From: Catajapyx aquilonaris
Taxonomy: Eukaryota
Assembly (NCBI GenBank): GCA_000934665.2
Contig: JYFJ02002182.1
Location: forward strand, 1-61,469
DNA: 61,469 bases
Direction: 5' to 3'
The position numbers were made by a program, and so were the translations under genes. Below the pieces are notes generated by a model that ran no database searches, was not told the origin of the DNA, and saw only the letters and a list, made by a program, of their open reading frames with translations. Numbering within the stretch: position 1 is the stretch's first letter; each line of letters starts with the position of its first letter. Below are positions 13,638-25,767 of the stretch, in pieces.

Positions 13638-15139
13638 GGTCGCCCGCACGTGGCGGAGGCCCCCACCAGAAGCAGCTTCTCTTTCTCCTTATCTATCCGA
13701 AGAAAGACAGAGAGAAAGGTCCACCCCCACCAACAGAAGCCAGCAAGCAAGCAACACCCCCGCACGCTGCTGCAGCAGAAACAGTTCCCCCAGGGGAGGA
13801 ACACACTTGAAGCCAGAGGCCAGCGCGCGCAACGTCCACTGGAAAATTTCATGGGCCCAACCAGCGCATCTTTACTCGCACACCAACCCAACATCACCTG
13901 GAAAAAAAACCATCATCAACGAGGGGCATTCATGCCTTAGAATTATCAATATCCGGCAGTGTTCCAAACTATGTACACGAAGCTATTGAAAGGGTTCAAC
14001 ATTCGGAGAGATGTAGTGATTTTGGTTGGAAAATTTTTGCATCTGTGCCCAAAAATTGAGAATTTGAGCTCCTTTCCGAGCTTTGAATGTGGCCAATTTG
14101 GAAGCAGTCACACATACGGTATAACCTTGCTCTTGGTCCAACTGAGTTATCTTAGTTGTAGTGGGCATTTAAAAGGAATGATGAGGTCTCAATAAACATT
14201 TGCCCGATGCACATTATGGTGTTTTTTTTCAACACCTAGTGCAGAACTGGATTGCAAGCCTACTGTGTCAATATTTGCTCATAATTAGGCAAAATATACA
14301 GTGCAAATTTTAAATAATATTGTACAGCAGTCTTTAATGAAAAAACATTTTCGCGGAAGCCGTGTATCCCTCTCTGCAGGTCGTTTGTTGGATTTATTGG
14401 TTTTCCCCATCAATTTGTTGTAAATAATATATGAAAATAAAAATAATATGGTCTGTCTACTCCAGACGGAAAGGTAGATGGGTAAATTATGCACCCGTCT
14501 TCGCATTGGAATGCCATCATGATGATAACGCCTGAACTTCCATTGCAAACGTGAAAATAATACACAATCTGTAATCATTATTATTCCTTTATCACTTACG
14601 TTACTCTGTTTTCATAATATTATTTTAATTAAGAATTTCCGTGATTACGGATGAAAAGGCATCATTAGTGTGACAGGTGTAGTAGCAGCCACTCTTCTTA
14701 TTAAAGTTTACTTTAACAATATATTGCTCAATTGTCCTCAGTAAGTTAAGGTAAATGAGTTTGCCAAATTATATCATCTGGGAACATGGCCAAATTATAC
14801 ACATACACAGGGAGATTGTTCTTTTATACTATAGTGATGAAGATATCATGAACGTCTTTCGAAAGTTTGTCGTTTTTCTGTGACATCGATTTGTCATGCA
14901 CTTGAGTTTTGTGGGAATTGCGCTATGTGGACAGGAAACATCTGGGTCATCAGTGATAGATCCCTTCCTTGGGACATCGTTCTTTTCTTTTCGGGTAGGA
15001 ACAAGCCTAGCATCACTTAGGTGTATCTCGGATAAATAGCAAAAGTATAGTGACGCTTCCTAAAACAAACGGGTGACTCACAACTCCCAGCATTTTAACC
15101 AAAATAATGGTTACATAATTTAATGATTTTGATAATGGT

Positions 15140-15190
15140 AATCATCCTCATCATCCTCATCATCGTCATCCTCATCATCATCATCATCAT
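15140..15190. repeat. (CAT)n-type microsatellite
   Basis: Run of ATC/CTC/GTC triplets. Confidence 0.8.
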
Positions 15191-15739
15191 GCCAGATTCC
15201 TGAGCCAATGTTGCATCATATTAATATGCAGTTTCTATACATGCCATTATTTTTAAAAACAAGTTGATATTTATAAATTATAGTTATGGCTACGTGTTAC
15301 AAATCATAGGGTAATTATGTAAAGAAGTGGCCACATGTTGTAAAATAATCAGGATTTCACCCAGAAGCATATTTTAAATCAATTTGTATCATTAAGCAAT
15401 AATTATTCGTAAATCATTATATTAAACGTAACTGCTATACGTACATTTAAGTAAAATACTCGGCAAGGCATCGTAATGTGCATGATAATGTAACATTTAC
15501 AAAAACGGCTCCGCCTTTTAAAAACTTTTGCTATTAGGAAATCCAAATTCTCTCCCTTGAAATTGTCATATCTGCAGGCGACATATTTCCATCTTTACTG
15601 ATCACTTAGCCACTATTTGCCAACATTTGAAAGGAAAATGTGATCTTCTGATGTAGCCCATGCCCAAATTCCTCTAATGTGGAGCACGTAAATGTTTACG
15701 CACAAAGAAAACTCACACGCACAAGCGATAACAATGGAG

Positions 15740-15747
15740 TATATAAA
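15740..15747 (+). promoter_or_regulatory. TATA box of the defensin gene
   Basis: TATATAAA ~50 nt upstream of the ATG at 15797. Confidence 0.65.
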
Positions 15748-15796
15748 GAGGTCCCCGTGGATAATGCGTTAACAGCTCATCCAGCTTGGAACCAAA

Positions 15797-16244
15797 ATGT
15801 TCTTCTCAATCATTCTGTTCCTCGTTCTGTCGGCGACCACCGGTAAGTATGGAATTTACGAATAGATTTTTATCATAGAACTTACATTTTCTCTCATTTT
15901 CTGCAGCAATCGAGATTGATCCCGATGTAGATGTAACGTATTTCTTGTCTGAGGCTATTCCGGATGATGCAGCAGAAGATGAAATTGGCGCACTGAGGCA
16001 CCCTCGACTGTTTTTCTGTCTCATCCCATTCATCGGAGGCAATATGTGCTCGCAGTTCTGCAGACTTGCGGGAAGAGACAGAGGACAATGCTATGGCCTC
16101 ACTTGCTTCTGCGACGATAACCCCCCCACGACCACCACAACCACCACGACTACAACCACGACCAAAGCCCCAACCACAAGCACGTCAAGTCGACGTCCGT
16201 CACTAGGGAGCAGTCCATCAAGTAACGGGAAACTCTACAAATAA
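15797..16244 (+). CDS. Invertebrate CS-alpha-beta defensin precursor with Thr/Ser-rich C-terminal tail (127 aa, 2 exons)
   Basis: Exons 15797-15842 and 15907-16244. Signal peptide MFFSIILFLVLSATTA, acidic propeptide, RHPR site, then C-x9-C-x3-C-x9-C-x4-C-x-C. AATAAA at 16322. Confidence 0.8.
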
Positions 16245-16418
16245 GGCAAGGAAGGATCACAACTGAAGTGTATTATACCTCTACACAATAATCCAAACTA
16301 TTAGTTGATTAGTTATGCAGCAATAAAATATTGCCAAAACACTAGCCTGTATTATTATTTTGCACCTCTACTGATACACACAATCTGCCAGCAGCAACAG
16401 TCTTAATAACATGCATTA

Positions 16419-17600
16419 GACAGCGCAACAAAAAAAAACTACCTTTCGGCGTGTTACTCGGAAACCACTATGCACATCATGTTAGTAGGACCCAAAGTAG
16501 CTGGGAAACGCCCGGGATTTCTCTCCCAAAATGTGCAGTGGGTCAGGGTGATCAAAAATCCGAAAAATTCAAAATATTGACGTTTTTTGGCCTATTTCCT
16601 GGTCATGGCAACCACTGTAAGTTTCGGATTTTGTTTTTGCTGGCATTAGGTGTTACCTGGGTCTAGTCTGAAGCCACTATGGTGTTTAAAGTCAATCTTT
16701 TATAGAAACTGTGGTTTTCCAGGGTCCTTTTTATGAAAAAAATTCCGTTTTTTGGTACTTTTTCGTCAATTTTTGGGGAACAGTGTATGGACCTTTTTTT
16801 AAAAAAAGTGTAGCGTAATGGGCTCTTTAGAGACCCTACAATCGAGGAATAATAGTAGAACTTTCCTATGCAACCCTAGTACGCGTGTGCAAAAGCCTAA
16901 TCTTGGGTGAAATCGCGTTTTTTCGCATTTTTGGTGATTTGACTTTTTTCAACATTTAAAACCAAACATTCCTCGGCTTTAAAATATATGAATTCTTCTT
17001 AGTCTAACAAACTGTCAGGGACCCCCATAGTATGGAAAAAGACTACGATTTCATCAGTAGGTGTGTATTTTTGGAAAAAGTCAAATCACCAAAAATGCGA
17101 AAAAACGCGATTTTACCCAAGATTAGGCTTTTGCACACGCGTACTAGGGTTGCATAGGAAAGTTCTACTATTATTCCTTGATTGTAGGGTCTCTAAAGAG
17201 CCCATTACGCTACACCATTTTAAAAAAAAAGTCCATACACTGTTTTCCAAAAATTGACGAAAAAGTACCAAAAAACGGAATTTTTTCCATAAAAAGGACC
17301 CTGGAAAACCACAGTTTCTATAAAAGATTGACTTTAAACACCACAGTGGCTTCAGACTAGTCCCAGGTAACACCTAATGCCAGCAAAAACAAAATCCGAA
17401 ACTTACAGTGGTTGCCAGACCTGGAAATAGGCCAAAAAACGTCAATATTTTGAATTTTTCGGATTTTTGGTCACCCTGACCCACTGCACATTTTGGGAGA
17501 GAAATCCAGGGCGTTTCCCAGCTACTTTGGGTCCTACTAACATGATGTGCATAGTGGTTTCCGATTAACACGCCGAAAGTTTTTTTTTTGTTGCGCTGTG
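16419..17600. mobile_element. Non-autonomous foldback DNA transposon, ~530-bp TIRs, 4-bp TSD ATTA (Chapaev-like)
   Basis: 16419-~16950 is a near-perfect reverse complement of ~17075-17600. ATTA at 16415-16418 and 17601-17604. Right end GCGCTGTG gives a CAC-type terminus. Confidence 0.85.
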
Positions 17601-18890
17601 ATTATCAGAATATAAGTTAGTACTGAGCAACATTTGAGGGATCTAGTGGGAAAACTTCATAGCCCTCATAAATGTTTTCAGGAGAGCGAAGTACAGTATG
17701 TGTGGGTGGGTGTGACATTTGCATTCTCTTCACAAATCATAGGGAATGTGGGTTTTGATCTAGTCCGTGTTTCCGTATTGTGCATTATACGTGAACTTGG
17801 AGCTATATACCCAACTGTTTGTCATGCCTCTTACATAGTTGCTACGTGTTCAGGTAAAAATTGACAAAAATGAGGCGTAGGCTATTAAGTTTATCCACCA
17901 CACACCTCATTTCTCAACCAACCTGGTTTGAATTATTATTATTATTATTATTATTAGGAATGATACAATATTGAGGCTGTCCTGTATTATTTATTCATTT
18001 CTCTTGCTTAAAATTTCTGTTCATGGAACAGACTTGCGTTGCGTTGACCTGAGTGTGCACTTAAAACTACGAGTGAGATCCACGAGTGATATCCACATTT
18101 CCACCTCGTTAATGCTATTTAAAAGTCATCAAGTTATTACTAATATTCGGTGTTGGAAATTTTTGTGTACATATTTCATAATTGACATGGTCTGTTATAA
18201 CATTAGTTCAATATTATCTGTGAAAGAATGCATGCTTACACGACACTAGCTGACATTTAGAAAAATCTTTTTTGTTGCTAAATTATGTGTAAATATACTT
18301 GCCAAAAACCGTGATGATTACTATAATATGCTATACTGTACATCCGTGATTCCGCGTTTCTGTAAAATCCTGAATAAATAATTATGTGGAAGGAAGGTGA
18401 CACCAAAGAATACTTGCGTAACAATCATCTATATCGCTCAGTTAGTGACTTATGAGCCGATCTAGGCCTACATAACTTTATCAAGTTTCACTTCGAAGGT
18501 CGACATCTAAATATAGGCTCAAACTGTTCGTCCTACTATCCTTTCATATATCAATCAGAGTTAAATGTAATGACTAATGATTCAAGTAATTAAAATGAAC
18601 TGCTACTAACAGGAAAATTTGTGGACACCTTTTTTTTACCCACTTCATGAGATTTCTTTTTGGTTATTAGCATTGTGTTTCGTAACAATAATATTATAAA
18701 GCAGGTTGCAAAAGAGGCACACATTTTTGCAAAAAAATGACCATTCAAAACTGACTCATCTGAAGTAATAATTCGCTTCTTGACTGTACAGTAGGACTCA
18801 AAAGTTATGTACAGTATTCTACTACACCATGATTTTTTAAAAGTGGAACTGATGATTGTCGAATATTAAGCAAGTCATCATTATGTACTA

Positions 18891-19006
18891 TATACACCAA
18901 ATTGTTTCATACCCCCGGGGTATGAAACAATTTGTCGTATACCTAGGTATAGTGCTATACGACAAATTGTTTCATACCCCGGGGGTATGAAACAATTTGG
19001 CGTATA
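18891..19006. repeat. Nested double palindrome (MITE-like)
   Basis: Two copies of the hairpin AAATTGTTTCATACCCC/GGGGTATGAAACAATTT, arranged as inverted copies of each other and TATA-flanked. Confidence 0.8.
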
Positions 19007-19561
19007 TGGTACAATTAGGTACAATACTGTACAATACTACACTACAACGATATTTTAAAGTGGAACTAGGGTCAAAATTTATACATTTATAAGCAAGCCA
19101 TCAGAACAATGAACAATGGCGACTACAAAGTGAGAACTATCAGAGTACCGTATATGAATGTTTGTGAAATTCAAAATTGAATGTGCTTTATGTGAACCCG
19201 TTTTACTTAATTAACAGATCAAGCAGATGCTACCATTTTTTGCACAACTTGTAATTCTGGACAACTCTCATTGCAGTACTTTTCATTCAGAAATCGATTT
19301 CATCTAAATCCGCACACACTCTAATTATCCAATTCGAAATTTTCTAACTCAATGACAAGTAACAACCTTCAGTGCCGCAGACATCTATATTGATGATAAG
19401 AAATTCACTTTATTAGCCGGGATCAAATCGCCAGTGACCCGCGTCTGCTCCCGAGATGACCTCACAGGGGGTATGCGTCAAGAGTTCAAGATAATTACAT
19501 ATGTCCTAAACCAGGATCCCTTCTCTTGATATTTTGCACACGACACCAAGCATGGATTTGG

Positions 19562-19568
19562 TATAAAA
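19562..19568 (+). promoter_or_regulatory. TATA box of the hexamerin gene
   Basis: TATAAAA ~90 nt upstream of ATG 19657. GATA motifs (TGATAA ~19394, AGATAA ~19489) lie upstream. Confidence 0.65.
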
Positions 19569-19656
19569 GGTCTGCCCATCACCAGAATCGTCGCTGCGGT
19601 GACAAGTTCCAGTAGCCCCCCCAATAACTCTCGAGTTGTTGAGCTTTTAGACGAAG

Positions 19657-22600
19657 ATGAAACTGACCATTGCTTTCCTCGCCCTCCTTGTTGGAGTGGC
19701 CGTCGGACAGTGGGCTCGCCCCATCGGTAAGGCAGTGTCCGAAGCTATTGGAAGTAGTATTTGTCACCTAAAATTGTATGTACTTATTTTGTCTCTTTGT
19801 CCACACAGCTGACCAGGACTTCCTGGACAGGCAGCATTCCATCTACAAGCTGCTGACCAGGCCCCATCTGCCCATTGAGGACGCAGAGATCAGGGAGATC
19901 GGAAACACCTACAACCCCTACCGTTTCGCCAACTACTACAATGTGAGTATTGCTTTTTCCATGTACTGTTAATTGTCATGTACAGGGTGGTGTACTGCAG
20001 TATCCCATGGTCCTACAATGGATTAAGATGTGGACTCTTAACTTCAGCATCCATTTTATTTAAAAAGAGACAGGCAATTTGGGTTGCTTCTCTTTAGACT
20101 GGTTGCTGGAGTCAACAATCCGCAATTCTTGGGACTTGGGCAGTGCATAACCCTGTTTAATGATGATTGTTCAGGCCATTTTTTGCATTGTGAATATGAC
20201 CCAAGAAATAATTATAATTAGGCATGATCTGAATATTTAGTGCAATTTGATCTGCACTCTACTTCAACATGTAATTAAATATTGTTAGTTGCTTTAAATG
20301 TGCTCGCTGACTAATCAAGATTGCGCATTGTTGTAATTAAGTGTGCAGTTTTGTGCTGGCCTAATTGGATTTAGAGAATAATATTATTTATTGCGGCCAT
20401 TTTTTCTCGGACAGATAATGGGGCAATATAATTTCCTTCTCGGCTGTGTTTCTATACAGTCACTTAAAAATTACCTTGACACAGTTAATATGGAAATTTA
20501 AAATCGCATAATGAGAATTTATCAATCCTGAGAATGCAATGCTTTCGGCAATACCGTATTTCACAAAATAATTCTGCCAGAAATATTTTAAAAAATTCAT
20601 TGCAAGATTATGTCCATGTGTTTCCAAAAAAAACATTTTTCCTCCTTAATTTGCAATTTAACTTTCATCTGTGCTTTTGATCATTTTTACCAAGGTGGTA
20701 AAACCAATAAGGACCAACAGTTAAATCATATTAACTGTCTTGCATAAAACGACATACGATTTAATTTTCACTCTATGGGCCCTATTCTAACAGTTGGTGT
20801 CCTCTACATTCAGTATCAAAACTTAAATGCATTTTGCAATTTAAATATGTGGCTCAGATTGGTCAGGAACCATTTTAACCCAAATGTTTGGCTGTGGGGG
20901 GTGTTCAGCTTTTATGGTCCCATAGTCCTGCCATGTGTCGAACATTTCCAAATAATTCTCCCCGTATTCGAGTGGGTTTTCTCTCACTGCCCAAAATCAC
21001 CTGATGGCATTAGTTGCCTCGGCACCTCCAATAAGCCAAACTATAATTCTGGGTGGTAAGAATCTCCTTCTCGACTTGCTTCTGGCCAACAGTCTTTACA
21101 ATTTATTGTTGTCTCTCCGAATCCAGGTTCCCGAGCAGCACATCCAGCAGTACGTGCAGCAGGTGGAGCAGGGTCAGATCCTCCACCGCGGAGTGGCTTT
21201 CAACGTCCTTGACGATGCCCACCGCCGCGAGATGGTCACCCTCTTCCAGCTGCTTCACCAGGCCAGGGATTGGGAAACCTTCCACAAGACCGCCGCCTGG
21301 GCACGTCAGCGTGTGAACGAGTACATGTTCGTGTACGCCTACACCACTGCCCTCCTGCACCGTGCTGACTCCCAGAACTTCAAGATCCCCCCAACCTACG
21401 AGATCTTGCCTGGGAACTACTTCACCCCCGAGGTCCTCCGCCAGGCCTTCGGAACCGGCTACGGTTACGGACAGGTGAGGACACACTAATTGAACTGATG
21501 TTTGTCCGACCTGGTAGTACCTACACCTCTCACTCGCCCTGAGTGGCAGGAGCGTGCAGAGGGTGGATGCGCCATCTATGATAGGTAGTGTGTACTTACA
21601 CCTGGATTTCTCTGCCCACAGAACGGTGTGGTGATCCCCACCACTTTCGCCTACAAGTACTACAACCCCGAGCAGCGTTACGTCGCTTACCACACTGAGG
21701 ATGTCGGCATGGGCCAGCTCCATGAGGTCTTCCACAAGCAGTTCCCCTTCTGGAATTGCCAGAACCAGGAGCGCCAGGGAGAGCTTTTCCACCACTTCAT
21801 CCAGCAGACCCTCGCCCGCTACAACCAGGCTCGTCTGAGCAATTACATGCCTTTCGAGCAGCGTTTCAACTATGGACGCCAGTACGGATTCCCCGGAGAG
21901 CACTACGGTAACTACTACGGCTACCCCGAGCAGCACCAGGAGATCGAGGGCGTGAAGAAGGTTCATGGATACACCATGGAGAAGGAGGTCGTTGGACAGA
22001 AGTACGGATATGGCTACCCCGAGGAGGTTGAGGGAGAGAAGAAGGTCCGCGGTTTCACCACCGTTGAGAAGTTCGTCCAGGGCCAGCGCTACCCCGCTGG
22101 ATTCCACAACTTCCACTACCTGACCACCCCCATCGAGAAGCTCGTCCAGCTGGTCCAGCTGCAGCAGCAGCAGGGTCTGACCACCGTCGCCGAGAAGGAG
22201 ATGCTCCTGCAGCGCATGCAGCAGGAGGGACAGATCACCCCCATCGAGAAGGAAGAGCTCATGCAGCAGGTCTACCGCCAGCACCATGTCCTCTACACCA
22301 TCGAGAAGATCGCCTACCTGAACAAGCTTCACCATGAGGGTGTCATCTCCCAGATCGAGAAGGAGCAGATGAAGATGCACTTCGAGCAGAAGCTTGAGAT
22401 GCAGGAGGCTTTCACCGGCCGCTTCGAGAAGGAGCAGATCGTCCGCAAGGTTATCGAGCAGCAGGGTGCCATCTCCCCCATCGCCAAGGTTGAGGTTCTG
22501 GAGCGCCTGCACCAGCAGGGCATCATCACCCCCATGGAGAAGACCGAGCTTCTGCAGAAGGTCGAGCGCAAGCACTTCGAGAAGGAGCAGGGATACCCCA

Positions 22601-25437
22601 CCCCCGTCGACCAGATGGAGCTCCTGGAGACTCTTGAGCGCCAGGGTGTCATCGGACCCATGGAGAAGGTTGAGATCCATCAGCAGATCCAGCAGCAGTA
22701 CTACGGCCACCAGTACCCCGCTGAGTTCTACAACTACCACTACCTGACCACCCCCATCGAGAAGCTCGTCCGTCTGTACCAGCTGCAGCACCAGCAGAAC
22801 CTGAACACCGTTGTCGAGAAGGAGATGCTTCTGCAGCGCATGATGCAGGAGGGACAGATCACCCCCATCGAGAAGGAGGAGCTGATGCAGCAGGTCAACC
22901 GCCAGCACCATGTTCTGTACACCATCGAGAAGATCGCCTACCTGAACAAGCTTCACCACGAGAACGTCATCAGCCAGATCGAGAAGGAGCAGCTGCAGCA
23001 GCACTATGAGCAGAAGCTTCAGATGGAGGAGGCTTTCACCGGCCGCTTCCAGAAGGAGCAGATCGTCCGCAAGGTCATCGAGCAGCAGGCTTCTATCTCC
23101 CCCATCGCCAAGGTTGAGGTTCTGGAGCGCCTGCAGCAGCAGGGTGTTATCACTCCCCTGGAGATGAACGAGCTCCTGCAGAAGGTTCAGCGCAAGCACT
23201 TCGAGAAGCAGCAGGGATACCCCACCCCCGTCGACCAGATCGAGCTCCTGGAGCAGCTTGAGCGCCAGGGTGTCATCGGCCCCATGGAGAAGGTTGAGAT
23301 CCAGCAGCAGATCCAGCAGCAGCAGCAGTTCTACGGATTCCCCGGCCAGTACCACCACAACGGATTCTTCGGCCAGCGTTACCCCGCTGAGTTCTACAAC
23401 TACCACTACCTGACCACCCCCATCGAGAAGCTCGTCCGTCTGTACCAGCTCCAGCACCAGCAGGGTCTGAACACCGTTGCCGAGAAGGAGATGCTTCTGC
23501 AGCGCATGCTGCAGGAGGGACAGATCAACCCCATCGAGAAGGAGGAGCTCATGCAGCAGGTCTACCGCCAGCACCATGTCCTCTACACCCTGGAGAAGAT
23601 CGCCTACCTGAACAAGCTTCACCATGAGGGAGTCATCTCCCAGATCGAGAAGGAGCAGCTGAAGATGCACTACGAGCAGAAGCTTCAGATGGAGCAGGTC
23701 TTCACCGGCCGCTTCGAGAAGGAGCAGATCGTCCGCAAGGTTATCGAGAAGCACGCTTCCATCTCCCCCATCGCCAAGGTTGAGGTCCTGGAGCGTCTCC
23801 AGCAGCAGGGTGTCATCACTCCTCTGGAGAAGATCGAGCTTCTGCAGAAGGTCCAGCGCAAGCACTTCGAGAAGCAGCAGGGATACCCCACCCCCGTCGA
23901 CCAGATGGAGCTCCTCGAGACCCTTGAGCGCCACGGCGTGATCGGCCCCATGGAGAAGGTTGAGATCCAGCAGCATCTGCAGCAGCAGTATGGCTTCCCA
24001 GGCCAGTACCGCCACTTCGGATTCCCCGGCCAGCAGTACCACCACTTCGGATTCCCCGGCCAGTACAACCGCTACGAATTCCCCGGCCAGTACCGCCACG
24101 AATTCCCCGGCCAGTACCGCAACGAGTTCCCCGGCCAGTACAACCGCTACGAATTCCCCGGCCAGTACCACTTCGGACACCCCGAGGAGTACCAGAACGA
24201 GTACCGCTACCCCGTTGAGAAGATGGAGCAGATCAAGCAGTGGGAGCGCCGCATCCAGGAGGCCATCGACACCGGATACGCCCGCGATGTCAACGGACAG
24301 AACATCTACTTCAACCAGACCCACGGTATGGACGTCCTGGGAAAGATGATCCAGGCCTGCGAGGACAGCGCCAACCCCACCTACTACGGAAGCCTCCGCA
24401 ACGCCCTGCACATGCTCCTGGAGCAGCAGCAGCAGCGTGGATACCCTGTGAACGACTTCCACACCTACGTGAGGGACCCCGCCTACTACCGCATCGCCGA
24501 GCTGGTCAACCAGCTGGGTCACCGCTTCCAGAGCTACCAGACCCCTTACACCCGTGAGGAGCTGGAGTTCCCCGGAGTCCAGGTTGAGACCGTCGAGGTT
24601 CTCGGAGAGGAGGAGACCAACCCCAACATGCTGACCACCTACATGGACAAGTACAACGTGGATATGGCCAACGCCGCTGAGGACAACGTCATCTCCCCCG
24701 TGCAGCTGATCGAGGCCCAGCGTCTCCACCACAAGAGCTTCCAGTACGTCATCAAGGTCCGCTCCACCATGGTCAAGAAGGCCCTGGTCCGCATCTTCAT
24801 GGCTCCCATGTACGACCACTACGGTGTTGAGATCCCCCTGACACAGCAGCGCCACCACTACATCGAGATGGACAAGTTCATCACCGTCCTGAAGGAGGGC
24901 CAGACCGTCATCCGTCGCTCCTCCCTGGAGTCTTCCATCGCCGTCCCTGAGACCATGGGCTTCAAGCAGATGATCGAGGAGGTCGTCGCCGCCAAGGAGG
25001 GCAAGACCGTCTTCTACGTCCAGGAGAACCAGCCCCGCTGCGGAATCCCCCAGAACCTTCTTCTGCCCCGCGGAACCCCCGAGGGCATGAAGTTCAACCT
25101 TCTGGTCATGGTCACCGACGCCGAGAAGGAGATCGTTGAGCACTACCGCCACCAGTACCTGAACCTGCCCGTCTACAAGAGGCAGTACCAGCAGCAGACC
25201 CGCTTCGTCCAGCAGGAGAAGGAGGTCCAGGTCCAGCAGGGTGTTGAAGAGCACTACATGCCCACCTACGCCCAGTGCGGTCTCATCGACGGAAGCTACC
25301 CCTTCGCCAGGAGCATGGGATACCCCCTCGACCGCCCCATCCACTACTACGGCAAGCAGGCCTTCCAGACCCTGAACATGAAGTTCGTCGAGGTCGTGGT
25401 CAAGCACGTCAGCGCCTTCGCCACCCCCGCCTACTAA
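19657..25437 (+). CDS. Giant hexamerin (hemocyanin-superfamily storage protein), ~1455 aa, 4 exons
   Basis: Exons 19657-19726, 19809-19942, 21127-21474 and 21622-25437 (4368 nt). Signal peptide. Motifs ADQDFL, TAAWARQRVNEYMFVYA, EDVG..FPFW..GELF..QQTLARY, YYGSL, RDPAYY, YTREELEFPGV, CGIPQNLLLPRG and SMGYPLDR. Three of the six Cu-binding His positions are substituted. Confidence 0.92.
22081..23988 (+). repeat. Three coding tandem repeats (~624-666 nt) in hexamerin
   Basis: Units start at 22081, 22705 and 23371 (GQRYPA../GHQYPA..HYLTTPIEKLV). Confidence 0.95.
23989..24177 (+). repeat. Short coding repeats (G/E)FPGQY
   Basis: Seven FPGQ(Q)Y units at ~24-30 nt spacing. Confidence 0.9.
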
Positions 25438-25631
25438 GCAACTTGTAACACCGCCAAGCCAATCTTCCCGCACTATGTGATTCTTTACTTGCCAAAACAA
25501 CAGCCATGAGCAAATAAATATGATAGTGTGAGCAACCAAAATACCTTCTTCTCATTTTGTCTCTCCAGCAGCACAGCGAGCGCAACCGAGTGCGCACCCA
25601 CACTCGCGCAGCTCCACCAGTTACGACAACA

Positions 25632-25767
25632 CTCCTACTGAGTAACTCTGGCAACGTTGTGACAACAACGTTGCCAGAGTAGGAGCCAAATTAACGTGAG
25701 GTAGCCTCTGAGTCTCTGAAACGTCGCCCATTTTGTTCCCCCCGAAGAGTAGCGTTGGAAATAAGTA
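25632..25767. repeat. Dispersed repeat with a perfect 16-bp hairpin
   Basis: ACTCTGGCAACGTTGT-GACA-ACAACGTTGCCAGAGT at 25645-25680. Shares sequence with 2864-3005. Confidence 0.6.

Noticed and set aside
16451..17571. Near-identical ORF pairs on opposite strands
   Set aside because: By-products of the foldback TIRs; no transposase motifs.
21103..25539. 1478-aa antisense ORF
   Set aside because: Shadow of the hexamerin. Strong C/G third-position bias removes TTA/CTA/TCA and hence antisense stops. The translation is Leu/Val-rich with no motifs.
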